In this document: positions 50,700-63,975 of the stretch, one piece after another | Numbering within the stretch: the stretch's first letter is position 1 | Layout of the letters: each line of letters starts with the position of its first letter | Assembly: GCF_016432865.1 (NCBI RefSeq) | Contig: NC_067400.1 | Span: forward strand, 352,346,001 to 352,410,000 | Source: Antechinus flavipes | Lineage: Eukaryota | Direction: 5' to 3' | Length of the DNA: 64,000 nt | Translations under genes and position numbers: made by a program | The notes under the pieces: model-generated | The model's database searches: none | The model's input: the letters and a program-made list of their open reading frames with translations, nothing else | Told to the model about the DNA's origin: nothing

Positions 50700-51490
50700 C
50701 ACCAGATAACCTCAGAACATCCTCAGTTCTTTATTTTTACTCACTACCCATAACCATTCAGCTGTCAAATCTTGTTAATACATCTCTAAAATTTAACTCC
50801 TTCTCTATGGGCACACCACAACCACTCTAGTCCAGGTCTTCATCATTAAAGATACTTCCTACTTGGTCTCCCTACATCTACTCTTTTCCCTTCTTTAATC
50901 CATCCTCCAAAAAAGATGCCAAATTGAAATTCCTCAAGCACAAGTCTGATCTTATTACTCCCCTACATGTTTCAATGTTTATGTTAAATGACAGATTCTT
51001 TTATATGACCTTACACACTTTCAAAATCTGTCTCTAATGTATGTTTCCACTTTGATCATACATTATTTCTTCTTACACACTGCCCAGTGCACTAGCCAAA
51101 CTGACCTATTTGCTATTAGTGGTATGTAACATATCATCTTTTTTCCTCCATAGCTTTTCATATCTTCTTCATCTCTATTTTTGGGAACCTTTAACTTCTT
51201 TTGAGATTGAGCTTAAGGAATACTTTCTTCAAGAAGCATTTCTTAATTCCCCTAGTTGTCAGTATTTCTTATCCAAATCACTGTGTACTTATTTTGTATA
51301 TGGTCTGTATTTCTATATAGGAGAACGTGCTATTCCTGTGAACAGCTAAACACTTAATAAATTTATTGCCAACATAATGTAAACTCCTTGATTGTAGAAA
51401 CTATCTTACTTATGTCTTTGCATTTTGAACTCCTAGCACAATGCCTAGCACAGAGTAGATAATTACTAAATGTTTGTTAATTGATTGATG
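50700..51490 (+). mobile_element. L2 3' region
   Basis: ccactctagtccagg...cacaagtctgatc...ttaaggaatactttcttcaagaagcatttc...cctagcacaatgcctagcacagagtag...aaatgtttgttaattgattg. Confidence 0.7.
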
Positions 51491-52214
51491 TATAACCTCT
51501 ACTCAATGAATACCATTAAAATGATTATTAGAAAAATAATGTTACTAAAACTACAGTTTTCATCTCAGTTCATTTACTCAGACTGCCTTTTACCATAGTA
51601 CTAATTAATACAATATATTGCATCCTAGTCTACCCATAATAAGCTTCTATTATTGCTAACCAACAATCAACAAATTAAATTAAATTCAACAAACATTTAG
51701 AACCAAGAAATAGAATAAAATCCCATGCTTTGTTGGGGCAATCAAGATATTGCTTATTTAAAGGCTCATGGCCCTGTTCTTAAATACATGGCATACCTAC
51801 ATCAGACATATAGATCTTATGCACACTTAACAAGCACCTATAATAATCCTCTTGAACCAGATATTGGTTGTAGGAAGTCCTTACTTGGAATTCACATGAT
51901 ACTTGGTATTTCTTTTATGATAATATATTCTACTTTTCAAAATGTGTAAGAATATAATTTCTTCCATGCTAGATGAATTTTTCAATAACAGTGACTACAC
52001 AGTTTTCATATGCCCTTCCTCCAAAATACCCGGCACAAAACCTTGCCCAATACTAGGTATCCACTAAATATTGGTTGAGTCAGTATAAACAGAGAAAAAA
52101 CAAAGCAGCTTATGGCCACAGGGCCAAAAAAAAAAAAAAAACCCTCTACTAGTAGTAACTCTATCAAGAGACTTAACTAGAGTGATTGATTGATACTTTG
52201 CCTCCAAATCTGCC

Positions 52215-52440
52215 AGGTGATGCAGGAGATAGAGAACTGGGCCTGGAATCAGGAAGACCGGAGTTCAAATTTGGTTTCAGACACTGATTACTTGTATGAC
52301 CCCAGGGAAGTCACTTAATTTCTGTCTGCCTCAGTTTCTTCAACTCTATCACAGGATTACTGTGAGGCTCAAATGAGATTATATTCATAAAATGCTTAGC
52401 ACAGTGCCTGGCATATAATAAGCACTTAATAAATACTTTT
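52215..52440 (+). mobile_element. MIR/Ther-1-like SINE with L2 tail
   Basis: tRNA-like head ggaatcaggaagaccggagttcaaat, CORE, tail gcttagcacagtgcctggcatataataagcacttaataaat. Confidence 0.8.
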
Positions 52441-53396
52441 TCCCTCCCTCTCTTTTCAAGGAAAAACATTCAGAAAGTTGTGTTTTTTATTTCCCCCACT
52501 GGTAGCTCCCAATCCCCCACTAGTGGATTTGCAAAAAAATTATGATTCTGGTTATATTTTTAATGTGAATATCTCAAAGGATCATGGACTTACAATACTT
52601 CATTAGAATGTAAGCTCTTTGAGGGAAGGTACCCATTTTTGCCTTCTTTTGTAATCCAAAACTTAATTCAGAATTTGGTTCCTACTTAGCACTAAATAAA
52701 GGCTTGTTGACTGATTTATTAGTATCCCTCCTTAGACACAACAAAAATAAATCAAAAAATGAACTTATAGTTCTTTAGAAGAGCATTGATGTTACAAACA
52801 TAACTTCTACAAAATTAAAAAGTATGTAAGTCATATACTTAATATATCCTTTCTCCACCAATTGGTCACTCATGAATCAGTCTTGATAGAAACTCACAAG
52901 GCTTTTATTATCACTTTTTGGTTATATAGCTAAAGAGCAAAAATTGAAAATTGAATTATAACACAGATTTTGCCACTCTGGAAAGAAGGAGAAGGAATAG
53001 AATTCTACCTATGGAGGTGATAACCTTGATTTAATTCCCTGTGATTTGATAGTTAATTTCTTAGATCAAAAAATAGAAGAGAACAGAGGATGTAAAAGGA
53101 AAGGATAGGAAATCAAATAAATAACTCCTGGAAAGTTTTGTGACAACAGATAATTTAAAATGTAAACTCAAAGTCATTTTGGATGAATAAATAAATGCAA
53201 AATACAACTGGAAGAAAAAGTTAATGAAATATAAAACAGGGTCAGGGAATGATTACAGATAATAAACTGTCAGAGAGGCAATGATAACAAAATATAGAAG
53301 ATAAGACATCTTTTAGTTGTTAAAAGGACATGTAATTTGAAGTTAAAAAAAAAGGTAACAGTTTCTTAAAATAGTTTCTTTATCCCTTCACTATAT

Positions 53397-54700
53397 TGTT
53401 ATATAATGCCAGAGAAACTGAGGCAAGATAGAGATTAGAGAGTATTTCATAATTTATTAAATGGGAGAGATTTACTGGGACCAAATGGATCCATGGTTTG
53501 GTCCCAGGGCTGAATGAAACTTCATCTCCAAGAATCCAGCAAACAATGTGAGTTCTCAATGACTTATATACACATGACTCAGACTCGGGGTAGATTGAGG
53601 CAGGGGCAGAGTCAGAGTGTTGAGAGCGGGAATGGGGTTCTGACAGGGTGGGGTGATGTGGTGTTCTTTTTCTTCTTTAAAATAATGGTTCTCTCTGGGA
53701 GAAAGCAGGTTTCTTGGGGAGGTTTTCTGGAAGCTGCCTTAGTTGAAAATAATAATCACCTCAAAACGCAGCCAGCTGATAAAATGCAAATGTTTATTTT
53801 CTCCTTCCAAAACAGCCCAATTAGTTGAGGCCTATCTCTCTGCTTGGTTCTAAGAGCTCTTGCAGCTTTGTCCTTTGCTTCTGCCTCTGCTTTTTTCAGC
53901 CTCCAGAGCCAGCACCAAGTTGAATCTGTCTTGCCTTTGAGAGAGGACTTCTGGCACTCAATCTCCTAGAGTGCTTCTCTTTGACTCCAGTCAATGTTCT
54001 GAAGTAAAACTCCTCACTCAGAGAGGGCTTCTGGCTGAACTCAAGTGACGCTCCCCTCTCAATCTTCAGCTGAACTCTCGACTCAGCGCTTTTTCACTCT
54101 GAAAACTCCCTTGACTGGCCCTTTGAAGTTCTATTTATGCTTCTTTGAGAGAGAGGGATTGTGGGATGTGAGAGAGAGGGATTATGGGTTTCTTCCCAGA
54201 GTGCTCTCTGACCCTTAGAGCTTCACAGGAGGTGTGAATTCACAAAGCTACACAATTAACTTTGTGAATCTCCCATACTTGTGAATTCCAATGAGTAAAG
54301 GTGTAAACACAAACATTGTATCAATTAGTTCTGCTTAGTACCTTGTTACAGGTTCTGGCCCAAAACATCTCCTTGTAAGATCAGATCAATAATCTATCAA
54401 CTCTAATGAGTTAGCAGTTTGTAAAGATTCCAACAGGGTGAGCCTCTGAAGATGAGATGACATAATAGGGGGAGGCACCCTGGACATGGAGAGAGGCATC
54501 TTGATAAAACAGTGTCTAACATTCCAGTCGCTTGGGATGGAGAGAGGCATTCTGATATTCTAAAACATAATATTTTTTATCCTTATCAAATATTCTGACA
54601 AAGAGGGAGGGAACGTTTTTCAGGACTGAGTTTTGAGAAGCAGAGAAACTGAGTCAGGACTGGGTCAGGATAATTAGAGAAACAGAACTGTGGCATAACA
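53397..54700 (-). mobile_element. outer solo LTR (~519 bp net), interrupted by a second LTR
   Basis: TGTTAT...ATAACA termini; on the minus strand TATATAA at 53570-53564 and AATAAA at 53458-53453; no clean TSD found. Confidence 0.75.
53657..54435 (-). mobile_element. inner solo LTR, 779 bp, probably ERV2/beta-like
   Basis: TG...CA termini; exact 6-bp TSD GGGTGA at 53651-53656 and 54436-54441; minus-strand CATAAATA (54139-54132) and AATAAA (53798-53793). Confidence 0.88.
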
Positions 54701-56586
54701 GTTGTTCTTTGTACTTTTAGAATGTGAATGTTTTTTACCTCTCTGAGATAAATATGTGAATAAAAATGATTTTTGTAATCCTATTGGCACTCTTAAAAGC
54801 AATCTACCATTATAACATCTGTGGTAATTTCTTTTAGAATCCCAGTTCTCTTAGTGAATGTATTTTTTTTAAGAGTGATTGAAATACTAGAGAAATCTTT
54901 GGTTTATTAACACTATGTCTACACAGAGGGAGTGGCAATGTATTTGGCCTGATAAATTGAGTACAATTTCCTTCAGTGAAATCCGCACTAGTATACTTGT
55001 ATACAAACTGAATATCAGTCCTTGATAATTTAGTTATCATCATCATCACGTTGTCACCACCAAATAATTATTGAGTATTCAACAGGTATATTGTATTCTA
55101 GGAACCAAGAGATAATTAAAATATGTATATGGAATATAGTACTTTGGAAAAGGAGAATTATTTAAGGTTAGTGACTTGCTAAAAAAAAAAAAAGTACATA
55201 TAATATTAGTTTTCAGCAGCAATTACAAATTATATGAGGTGGTGAGAAAAATTTTCTGACCCCTCACCTCCATATTTTCCCCCTAATTCTTCCTTGAAAG
55301 GTATTGAAACCATTTTGAAGACTAGCTCAGGAAACTAAAGGCTCAGGCTACTATCAGCACTTCTTTGGTTGCCTGAGTACAAAACAACCACTGGGAGCTT
55401 CTGATGCTGGCAAACCACCACAGGCAACTAAGAAACTGGGAGCTTCTTTCGGCCAAATCAGTTCTCGGTGTCTTCAATGCATATTCTTGTTGAATATTCT
55501 TCCCAGGGTATTACTAGGCAAATTTCTTTTTGTTTACTGTTGAAAGACCTACAAGTATCTTGTTTCATCCCAATATCAAACATAAATTTCCAGGGTATTG
55601 ACCTGAGTCATGCCTAGCCCACAAGACAGTTTGTAAATATACTCTTAATAGAAAATAAGGAAACCATGACTATAACATTAGTAAAAGTAAGACCTTTGAT
55701 TAATTGTATAGATATAGATAGAAAAAAATAAAAGATTAGATTTTTTTCAGAAATAGATTCTAGTTTTAGAAAAATTGATTCAGAAATTTAAAGTACCAAC
55801 TTTCAAAAAAAATCTAAAACTGAGAAGGATCATTTGTACTTAATGTTTTAGGAAACTTATAGATGTTTAGTAACCCAAAAAGGGATAATTAAGCCCCTTG
55901 ACCTAATAAACTGCATTTTTTCTTCCCTCCTAAAGAAATATAGTGAATTACAACTGTGGTCCCTTATTCTTTCAGTAGCTAATCAAATCTCACTTTTTTT
56001 TTTTTTTGGTCAGAGTGGATAATAACATTTTAGAAATGAAACCATTGTATTAAAACACTATATTGTTTTCCATTAAAAATATAAATCATTAGATATTTTC
56101 ATTTTGTTTAATTCAACATGCTTATTTTAACATTTATTTGTAAGGCATAGCAATAAAAATGGGGATAAAAAGACACAAAATAGGGAAGTTCAAAAGCTTA
56201 CATTTTACTGATAGGACATAAATTCTCAAATACTCAAATAGATGTGATCTCATTGATTTGAATATTCCCAATAAAAGGCAATCCATTCATGCTTGCCCAC
56301 TCTGTGTGACCTTTTTTCATGTTCAAGTTCACAGGTTATGAAGATAAATAAGCAAACAATTGCAAAGATGCCTAGTATCCTGGGAGCCTTCATCAATTTT
56401 CACAAAATATTTCCAGCACTAAGGATGTCCATCAGTTTATGTATAGGGCCACAGATAGTGGGGGAACTCTGGATGAGGTATAAGACCCTTCAGGCCAGAA
56501 GGAACCTGCTAATAATGTCTAGTTCAGCTCCCACTCTCCCCTAAGAGCTCTCAACCTTTCTGAAAAGTCAGAAGATGGTGATAACT

Positions 56587-56940
56587 TGTGTTGTAGTTGA
56601 AGCAGAGTGATACCAAGTGGCAAAGAGTCATTTACATACAATAGCAAATTGTTTATGTGGTTCCCCATGTACAATATATAGTTAGCACATGCTCTATTGC
56701 TTTGGTTATATGGGGTATTAGGGTATATAAGGCTGAGAGAATTGGGAATGAATGCACTTCATGTTGACCATCCATATGAGTCTCACCTCATCACTCCTCC
56801 ACTAACACCAAGTACTTGGCCTGGTCCCGAGATCCTCCAGAGAGCTAGTCTGGATGGTATATTTTGGCATCCCAGCATGGGGTCTCTAGAAAGCATAGTA
56901 CATTTTGGCACCCCAATTTGGGGGCTCTAGAAAGCATACA
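56587..56940 (+). mobile_element. LTR with duplicated PBS-like segment
   Basis: TATATAA at 56724-56730; degenerate poly(A) signal AATGAA at 56747; ends in two 41-bp units each containing TTTGGCA-CCC...TGGGG. Confidence 0.7.
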
Positions 56941-58212
56941 AGTTTATCTCTAGTCTTTGCTACATGATCAGACCATAGTGTTCTATTTGTTTTTGTTTTT
57001 GTTTTTTGGGGGGAGTGTTATTGGTTTCGTGGTCATATATTTCACTGATGATATTCTCTAGTCTGATGTTCTCTGCACAGAGGCCTCCTTTGATGTTTCA
57101 TCATAGTGTAGAAATGACAGTAGATTCTTAAAGTCTATATCAGGTGAGCATTAGTTCTGGCAAATTTTACCATGCTGGAAAGAATCTGAATAAGATCAGG
57201 TGACAGAGTTTTTCTTTCTTTCCTTCTTTTTTTTTTTTTTTCTTTCTTTCTTTTTTTGGAGGATCCGCTCTGTTAAATATATAAAAGCTCATCACTAATA
57301 AGTTGACCATTTAATGATGAATTCTTTGACTGTGACAATCATAAGACAACACATACACAAATGGAAGAGAGCATTTATCACTCAGAAGTTTAGAAAATGA
57401 GTTTTCCTAGGAGATGGCACCCAAGTTAAGCATAGAAGGGAAGTAAAGTTTTAAGAGGTTGAGTTAAAGAGAGAGCACCTATATTTTCAGTGTGAGAAAA
57501 ACACCTCTTCTATCAATCAGTCTATTTAAAGAGTATTTATTAGAGGTCCAGTAGGTAATAGTCACATTAGAAATAGAAATATAAAAGTGAGCTAGTTCTT
57601 ACCTTCCAGAAGCTTATCTTTTATTTGGGAGCTATTTTAGATAAATAGAGAATTATACAAAATAAGTACAAAGTGTTTTGGGGAATGGGTAAAGTGCCTT
57701 ATCCTATCAAGCAAAAAATTCAGAAAAGACCTCCTTGCAGTAAAGTAAATGTTGAGTTAAGGGAACTAGTTAGTAAACCAGTTTCCCTAAAAAATAGAGT
57801 ATGTGAAGATGTTATTGCATTGTTTCAATGTAGCCCTGTATAGTTTAGAGACCAGACTTGTTTGTTGTTTAGAGACCAGATTTATTGCTTAATCTAAAAT
57901 GTGTGGGGCATCCCCAGAAACTTTTCATGGGAGTTAAGAAACAGCTGAAAGGAATATAAGGAGTTTCTTTATATCTCAAGTATATATCTCAAGTAACTTT
58001 TGTATCTTATTTGGAAACTGCCTATGTGCTAGCCACTCAGTCATTGTTTCCTTGTTTTATTGTTTACATTTTTTATCATATTAAATTTACAGAGACTCAG
58101 GGGAGTGGACCATATATTTGGTTTTCCTTTCTGCTGGATGACAATACATTTCTTTCTAAAAACTTTTTTTTCAGGTTTAGATTTATTCTCAACCAACAGC
58201 AATAATATGAGA

Positions 58213-58354
58213 GTAATTTTTCTCCCCGAGGCAACTAGGGTTAAGTGACTTACTCAGGATCACACAGCTAGGAAGTGTTATGTGTCTGAAACTAGATTTG
58301 AACTCAGGTCCTCCTGATTTCAGGACTGGTGCTCTATCTACCATGCTGCCCCCC
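58213..58354 (-). mobile_element. WSINE1-like SINE
   Basis: gaggcaactagggttaagtgacttactcaggatcacacagctag...atttgaactcaggtcctcctgatttcagg; flanks share CAGCAATA (58197-58204, 58357-58364). Confidence 0.8.
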
Positions 58355-58379
58355 ATCAGCAATACTACTAGACTAGGGA

Positions 58380-59600
58380 GTTTAAATGCCAGTATGAAGG
58401 CAATAGGAAGTATCTGAAATTTTTTGGAGAGAGGTGTATGGCATGATCAAATATGCTTTAGAAACATTAATTCAGCAGTTATATTGATGATGGATTAGAG
58501 AAGGAGAGACTGGAGGCATAGAGATCTTAAGATAGGAGACTTTGCAATAGACCTTCCAATATTGCCTAAATGTGAGATTATGAGAGCCTGAACTGGGGTC
58601 ATGGCCAGGAGAGAGGAGAGAAAGAGGAAAGATATGAGAGACACTATAGAGAAACAGTAAATCTTACCCACCTTTTGGATGTGAGAAAAGAGGTAAGAGT
58701 CAAAGATGATTCCAAGGTGGCAAATCTGGATGACAATTAAAATAGTGCTACTTTTAGCTCTCTATCTTCTTTGCAATCAGTGGGTCAATAAATATTTATT
58801 AACTACCCACTATGTCCCAGGCAATGTGCTAAATGCCAGAGGAACAAAGACAAAAAATATTCCTTGTCCTCAAAGAGCTCACCATTAAATGGGAGAGATG
58901 ACATGCAAACAACTATATATAAACAAGCTCTTTATAAGATCAGTTGGGGGAAAAAACAGAAAGAAGACACTAAAATTATGAGGGGTTGGGAAAAGTTTCC
59001 TCTAGAAGGTGGACTTTTATCTGGGACTAGAAGAAATTCAGTAAAACTTGAAGGTAGAGATGAAGAGGCATTCCTGGCAGGGAGGAAATCTGGTGAAATG
59101 CCCAGATTCAGAAGATGGAGTGTCTTGTTCAAGGAACATTAAGGAAACCAGCATCACTGGACTAAAGAATATATGGTGATAGGAAGGGAAATGAAAGGGA
59201 GTGGTAATAATGTGTAAGAAAACCCCATAGGTGAGGAGGCAAGTAATGAATAGTTTTGAATGCTAAACATAAAATTTTACATTATATCCTAGAGGTGAAA
59301 AGGTGTCATTAGAGTTTACCAAATAGGACGCAGGTAGACTAACTGGCTATTGCAATAGTCTAACCATGAAGAAAGGAGGACCCGCACCAGGGGAGTGTTG
59401 GATAGAAAGGAGCTTATTCAAAAGATGCTATAAAGGTGAAATGGACAGGTCTTGGCAACAGATTAGATATGGGATATGAGAGTGAGAAATTCAGGATTAT
59501 TCTTACACCATAATCATAGAAGGATTTTGTTATGTTCTGCAATAACAGGGAGGGTAGGAGGGAGAGGAATTTGGGAGAAAGATAATGAGATAAGAACCTG
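58380..59600 (-). mobile_element. fragmented L2
   Basis: gtcaataaatatttattaactacccactatgtcccaggcaatgtgctaaatg (L2 3' end, reversed) and L2 ORF2-like purine-rich sequence. Confidence 0.6.
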
Positions 59601-60660
59601 AACATAAAAGTATTCTATGGTGATAAAGACGTTCAAAACACAAATTCAGAAGAAGGTAGTGACTTGAAAATATATACAAGTAAAATCTCAAAGAAAAATG
59701 TAGATTGTACACAAGCTCAATGAGAATTCCTAGAAGAGCTAAAGAAAGATTTTTTTAAAAGAAAGCAAAAATATTATTTTAACAATTAAATAAACACTAA
59801 AAGATAACTGGGGAAAGAAGTGAAAGCGATACAAAAAATTATGAAGAGAATTAACAGCTTGGTAAAAGAAGCACAAAAATACTAAAGAAAATAACTGTAA
59901 AAATCAGAATTGGCTAAATTGTAAAAGAAGCAAATATTTCATTGACTAAAATATCTCCTTAAAAATTAGAACTATTCAAATGGAAGTTAATGACTCCATG
60001 AAAATGAAGAAAATAAAATAAAGTAAAAAAAAAAAAAAACGGGAAAAATAACAGAAAATGTGAACTATCCTATAGGAAAAACAACTGACTTGGAAAATAG
60101 ATTGAAGAATTACTGTACTCTCTGAAAACCATGATCAAAAAAAGAGCTTGGATATCATATCTCTAGATATTATGAAGGAAAACTATCCAGATATCTTAGA
60201 ACTAGAAGATAAAGTAGAAATGAAAAGAATCTACCAGTCACCTCCTAAAAGAAATCCCAAAATGGAAACTCCCAGCTATATTGTAACCAAAATCTAGAGC
60301 TCTCAAGGAAGGGAAAAAATTTGAAAGCAGTCAGCAAGAAATAACTTTAAAATGTGAACCATAGTCAGGAACATACAAGATTTAGCAGGTATCACTTTAA
60401 AGGAGTGAAGGATTTAGAATATGATATTTTGAAGATAAAGGAAGTTGGGGTTACAATCAAAAAGAATCTACCCATTAAAATTTAGTATAATCCTACAGGA
60501 GAAAAAAATTATATGTAATGAAATAGAGGATTTTCAAGCATTCCTGTTAAAAAGATCAAACCTGAATAGAAAAGTTGATATTCAAATGTATGATTCATAG
60601 AAAGGTAAACATGATTGAGTAACCATAAGTGATTTAACAAGTATAAACTGTTTACATTCC
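59600..60660 (+). mobile_element. degraded L1 ORF1 (HAL1-like) fragment
   Basis: A-rich coiled-coil-like coding remnant followed by ...acaactgacttggaaaataga...gaaggaaaactatccagat...aaaagaatctaccagtcacctcc... Confidence 0.7.
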
Positions 60661-62905
60661 TATATGGTGGGAAGATGATTGGATTAGACAATTAAGTAAT
60701 CATTGATATCTTTGAAAAAAGCAATTTCTATGGAATGATGAGAACAGAAGGTAGATATAAGGAGTTAAGAGAATGAAGAAAGAAAGTAGAGGTAGGCATC
60801 TATTGCAGACAACCTTTTCAAGGTATTTAGCTACAAAGAGCAGAAGAATAGGGAAATATTGAGGATGGAACGATCAAGTGACTTTTTTTTTTTTTTTTTT
60901 TTTTTTTGGAAAATGAGAGAAACATGGGTATGTTTGTAGAAAAGCAGCCAGTAGACAGGAAGAGATTGAATATAAGTGAAAGAGTAGGGATGGCAGTAAG
61001 GGAAATCTGTTGAAGAAAATGGAATGGGATTGTTTGAGCCAGTTTCATATTCATTCAAATGTAGAAATAATAAGTTTTTAAAATAAAATAAGAATGCTTT
61101 CTCTAGACCAGTTCCCCTGCTAATGATCTGGACTTTAGTTCTATTTCCTTCGTTAGACAGATAATTTTAAAATTGAAAATCATATCAAAAAATCATCTAG
61201 CAAATTTATTATACATACTGCTGTTTCTTAATTGTAAATATTTTATTATTTCTTAATCAGAGTATGAATTGGAATATTTATTTAAAATACTTGTTTGAAA
61301 TATCTACTGATATGTAAGATTTGGGTGGGAGGGATTTTTTGTTCTAAAATGAATTTACTTCATTTTTATGTTCATCATTAAGAAACAATAGCAATTTCTT
61401 CTTTGGTTTAATCACTCTTCAGAGTATTCCGGCACAGAAGATCTAGCATGTTGTACTGTGACATAAAAGTGCTCCATTTTATCCCTGTACCATTGTACAA
61501 TTTTGAAAATACCCTTTTTTCTAATGAAATATTTTCCATAAATTTGGTTGCTCTTGTGACAAATTAGGAAACTATATGTTGCTCCTTACATTTTTTTTTT
61601 TAATATAAAGTAATTGTTAGGGAAGCATGAAGTATGTCAAAATTTCATGACAGATTTCATTTTAACTAATGTTTGTAGATTATGGTCATTCTATTTTTGA
61701 ATAATGTAGTGAAATAACTAGGTGTCTCAATAGATAAGCATTAGATTTGAAAAAAAGAAAGCCCTGAGTTCAAATTTATTCTACTTATTAGCTGTGTGAT
61801 CCTAGACAAATCACTTAACCTTATGAAGTATAAGTTTTCTCATCAATAAATGGGCATAGTAATAGCATCTGCCTCTCAGGGTTGTAAGAACAAAGCATCC
61901 ACTCAGCTCTAGCAGTGCAGAACCCCATATGCTTCTTCCTATTACTTCATTAGAAAAAAAACCTATTACACTAAATATTTCCCTTGATATGTCATTGTAA
62001 CCAATAAATTTACAAAGTACAAAATTTTCTCTAACAGTTTAAAAAAAAATCTGATACATAATAATAGCTAACGTGTATAGTGTGTGAAGGTTTCCAAAGC
62101 ACTAGGTGGTGCTGACTTGGAGTTATAAAGATATGAGTTCAAATATGAGTTCAAACACTACCAGCTGTGTGACCCTAGGAAAGTCATTTAAGGAAGTACT
62201 TCTACTTCCTTGTCTGTGAAATGGGCATACTAATATCATCTACCTTACAAGGTTATAATATTGAAATGAGAAATGCTTGAAAATCTTAAATCTCTAAATG
62301 CTAGCTATTATGATTATTTTCACCATGTAATAGCTTCCTCTAGCATCAATGTTTCTCTTCCTTAAGCTTATGCTTAAGCAGTCCTATAAACAAACATTTG
62401 ATACAAACAAAACATTTTGCATCACAGACATGTTTTTTAAAAAAATCTTTTTCTTGTTAAAGTATTTCATTTTTTTTCTTTTCCAATTTATAGATTTCAT
62501 GGTAAAGCAATCATGCAAAGCAAACACAGGAAAGACAAAAGCTTTTACTTCTCCATTAATAATGGTATATATAAATTCCCAGTGATAAATAGAATGCATC
62601 TTATTTCTAGGTTTGAGATTTATATTTTGTGTTACTATTTCTCTGCTATTTAAGCTGTCTCCTTGGTCTTTGCTTGTACTAGTTCCAATTCAAGTAAATC
62701 TTGTCTTCAAACTGGCTATGTCTCTATTCATCAAAAAGGTATAGTATTTCACTTGGAAAAATACTAGAGAGCAAAAAGAAAATGTTTTTAAAATTAGATT
62801 TAAATCTAATAGTTACATTCTAAAAAAATCATCTATGACTGTTACCTATTATCTAGTAATTTTTGTTACTGTTTTGTGGACCTTACATTCCTCCCTCTGG
62901 ATTCC

Positions 62906-62906
62906 C

Positions 62907-62956
<50 letters not shown>
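62906..62956. repeat. (CA)n microsatellite
   Basis: Directly visible, about 25 units. Confidence 0.95.
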
Positions 62957-62959
<3 letters not shown>

Positions 62960-63479
62960 CCTAACCTTCCCCTGCCACATACACATATATACTTTTGGTC
63001 TATCCACAGTTTAAAAATCTCTAACCTAAGAAAAAGAAATAGGGTCAAGAAGGGACAACCAAGTGTGATGAGCTATTGATGCCTTTTTATACCACAAATA
63101 ATCTGCCAACTGGTTATATGTAGTTTTAGATTATTTTTTGGTTATTTCGTATGATATTTCATTTTTTAAAAAAGTATAGTATTTAGTTTTTAAATCTCTT
63201 CATTAACCTGACTCCTTTCTACCTTTCCAGTCCTTTTTTTTTCCTTTTTTTTTTTTTTTTTGAGTATGATACTGGTTTTCCTAGTCTTGTCAGGGCTTGC
63301 AGTAACTGTTCATAGGCTCAATCCCAGTGAAGACCTTCGTAGATACTTTAACCTGCTATTTTCTGACCCATTCACTCTTGACGCAGTCTGGTAGTCCTCC
63401 ACTGTGAGAGTTCACAATATTAGTTCTGAATTTAGTGTAAACACACAATGAGATTTTTAGCCCTACTAAATAAAGCTCA

Positions 63480-63975
63480 GAACTTTTCACTATCTTCAGC
63501 CTCTCTCGGTAGCAGGGATCATATATATGGACCTCAACATCCGGAATTTTCCTATCTTTTTATACTAAACTCCTCTCTAAATACTACAAGCTAGTTGCAC
63601 TAGTATACTTGCTATTCTTTAGCCATAACACTTCATTTCTGTGCCTTTGAACTAGCCATCCCCCATTCCTGCAATGCTTTCCCTCTCCACCTTTGATTCT
63701 CAGATTCTTTGGCTTTCTTTAAGACAACTCAAAGGCCATTGTTTGAAAGAGGACTTTTCCAGTTCCCACTTCCAAACTGCTAATGTCTTACCCTGTGAGA
63801 CTGCTATCCATCTATTTAGCTTATATTCTGTATATACCTAGTTGTTGATATGTTGTTTCTCCTATTTTAATGTGAGCTTCTTGATAGCAAGGAATATTTT
63901 TGCCTTTTTTGGAATTCTCCAGCACAGTGTCTGGCACATAGTACCCACTAAATAAGTGCTTGTTGATTTCTGACT
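63480..63975 (+). mobile_element. L2 3' region
   Basis: cccattcctgcaatgctttccctct...ccagcacagtgtctggcacatagtacccactaaataagtgcttgttgat. Confidence 0.7.

Noticed and set aside
57844-62155. 12-13 bp tandem or near-tandem duplications (tttagagaccaga, tatatctcaagta, atatgagttcaa)
   Set aside because: Ordinary slippage duplications with no higher-order array.
400-63079. Remaining 60-130 aa ORFs in the track
   Set aside because: They fall in SINE/LINE remnants, microsatellites or AT-rich introns, many start at non-ATG codons, and none resembles a known protein.
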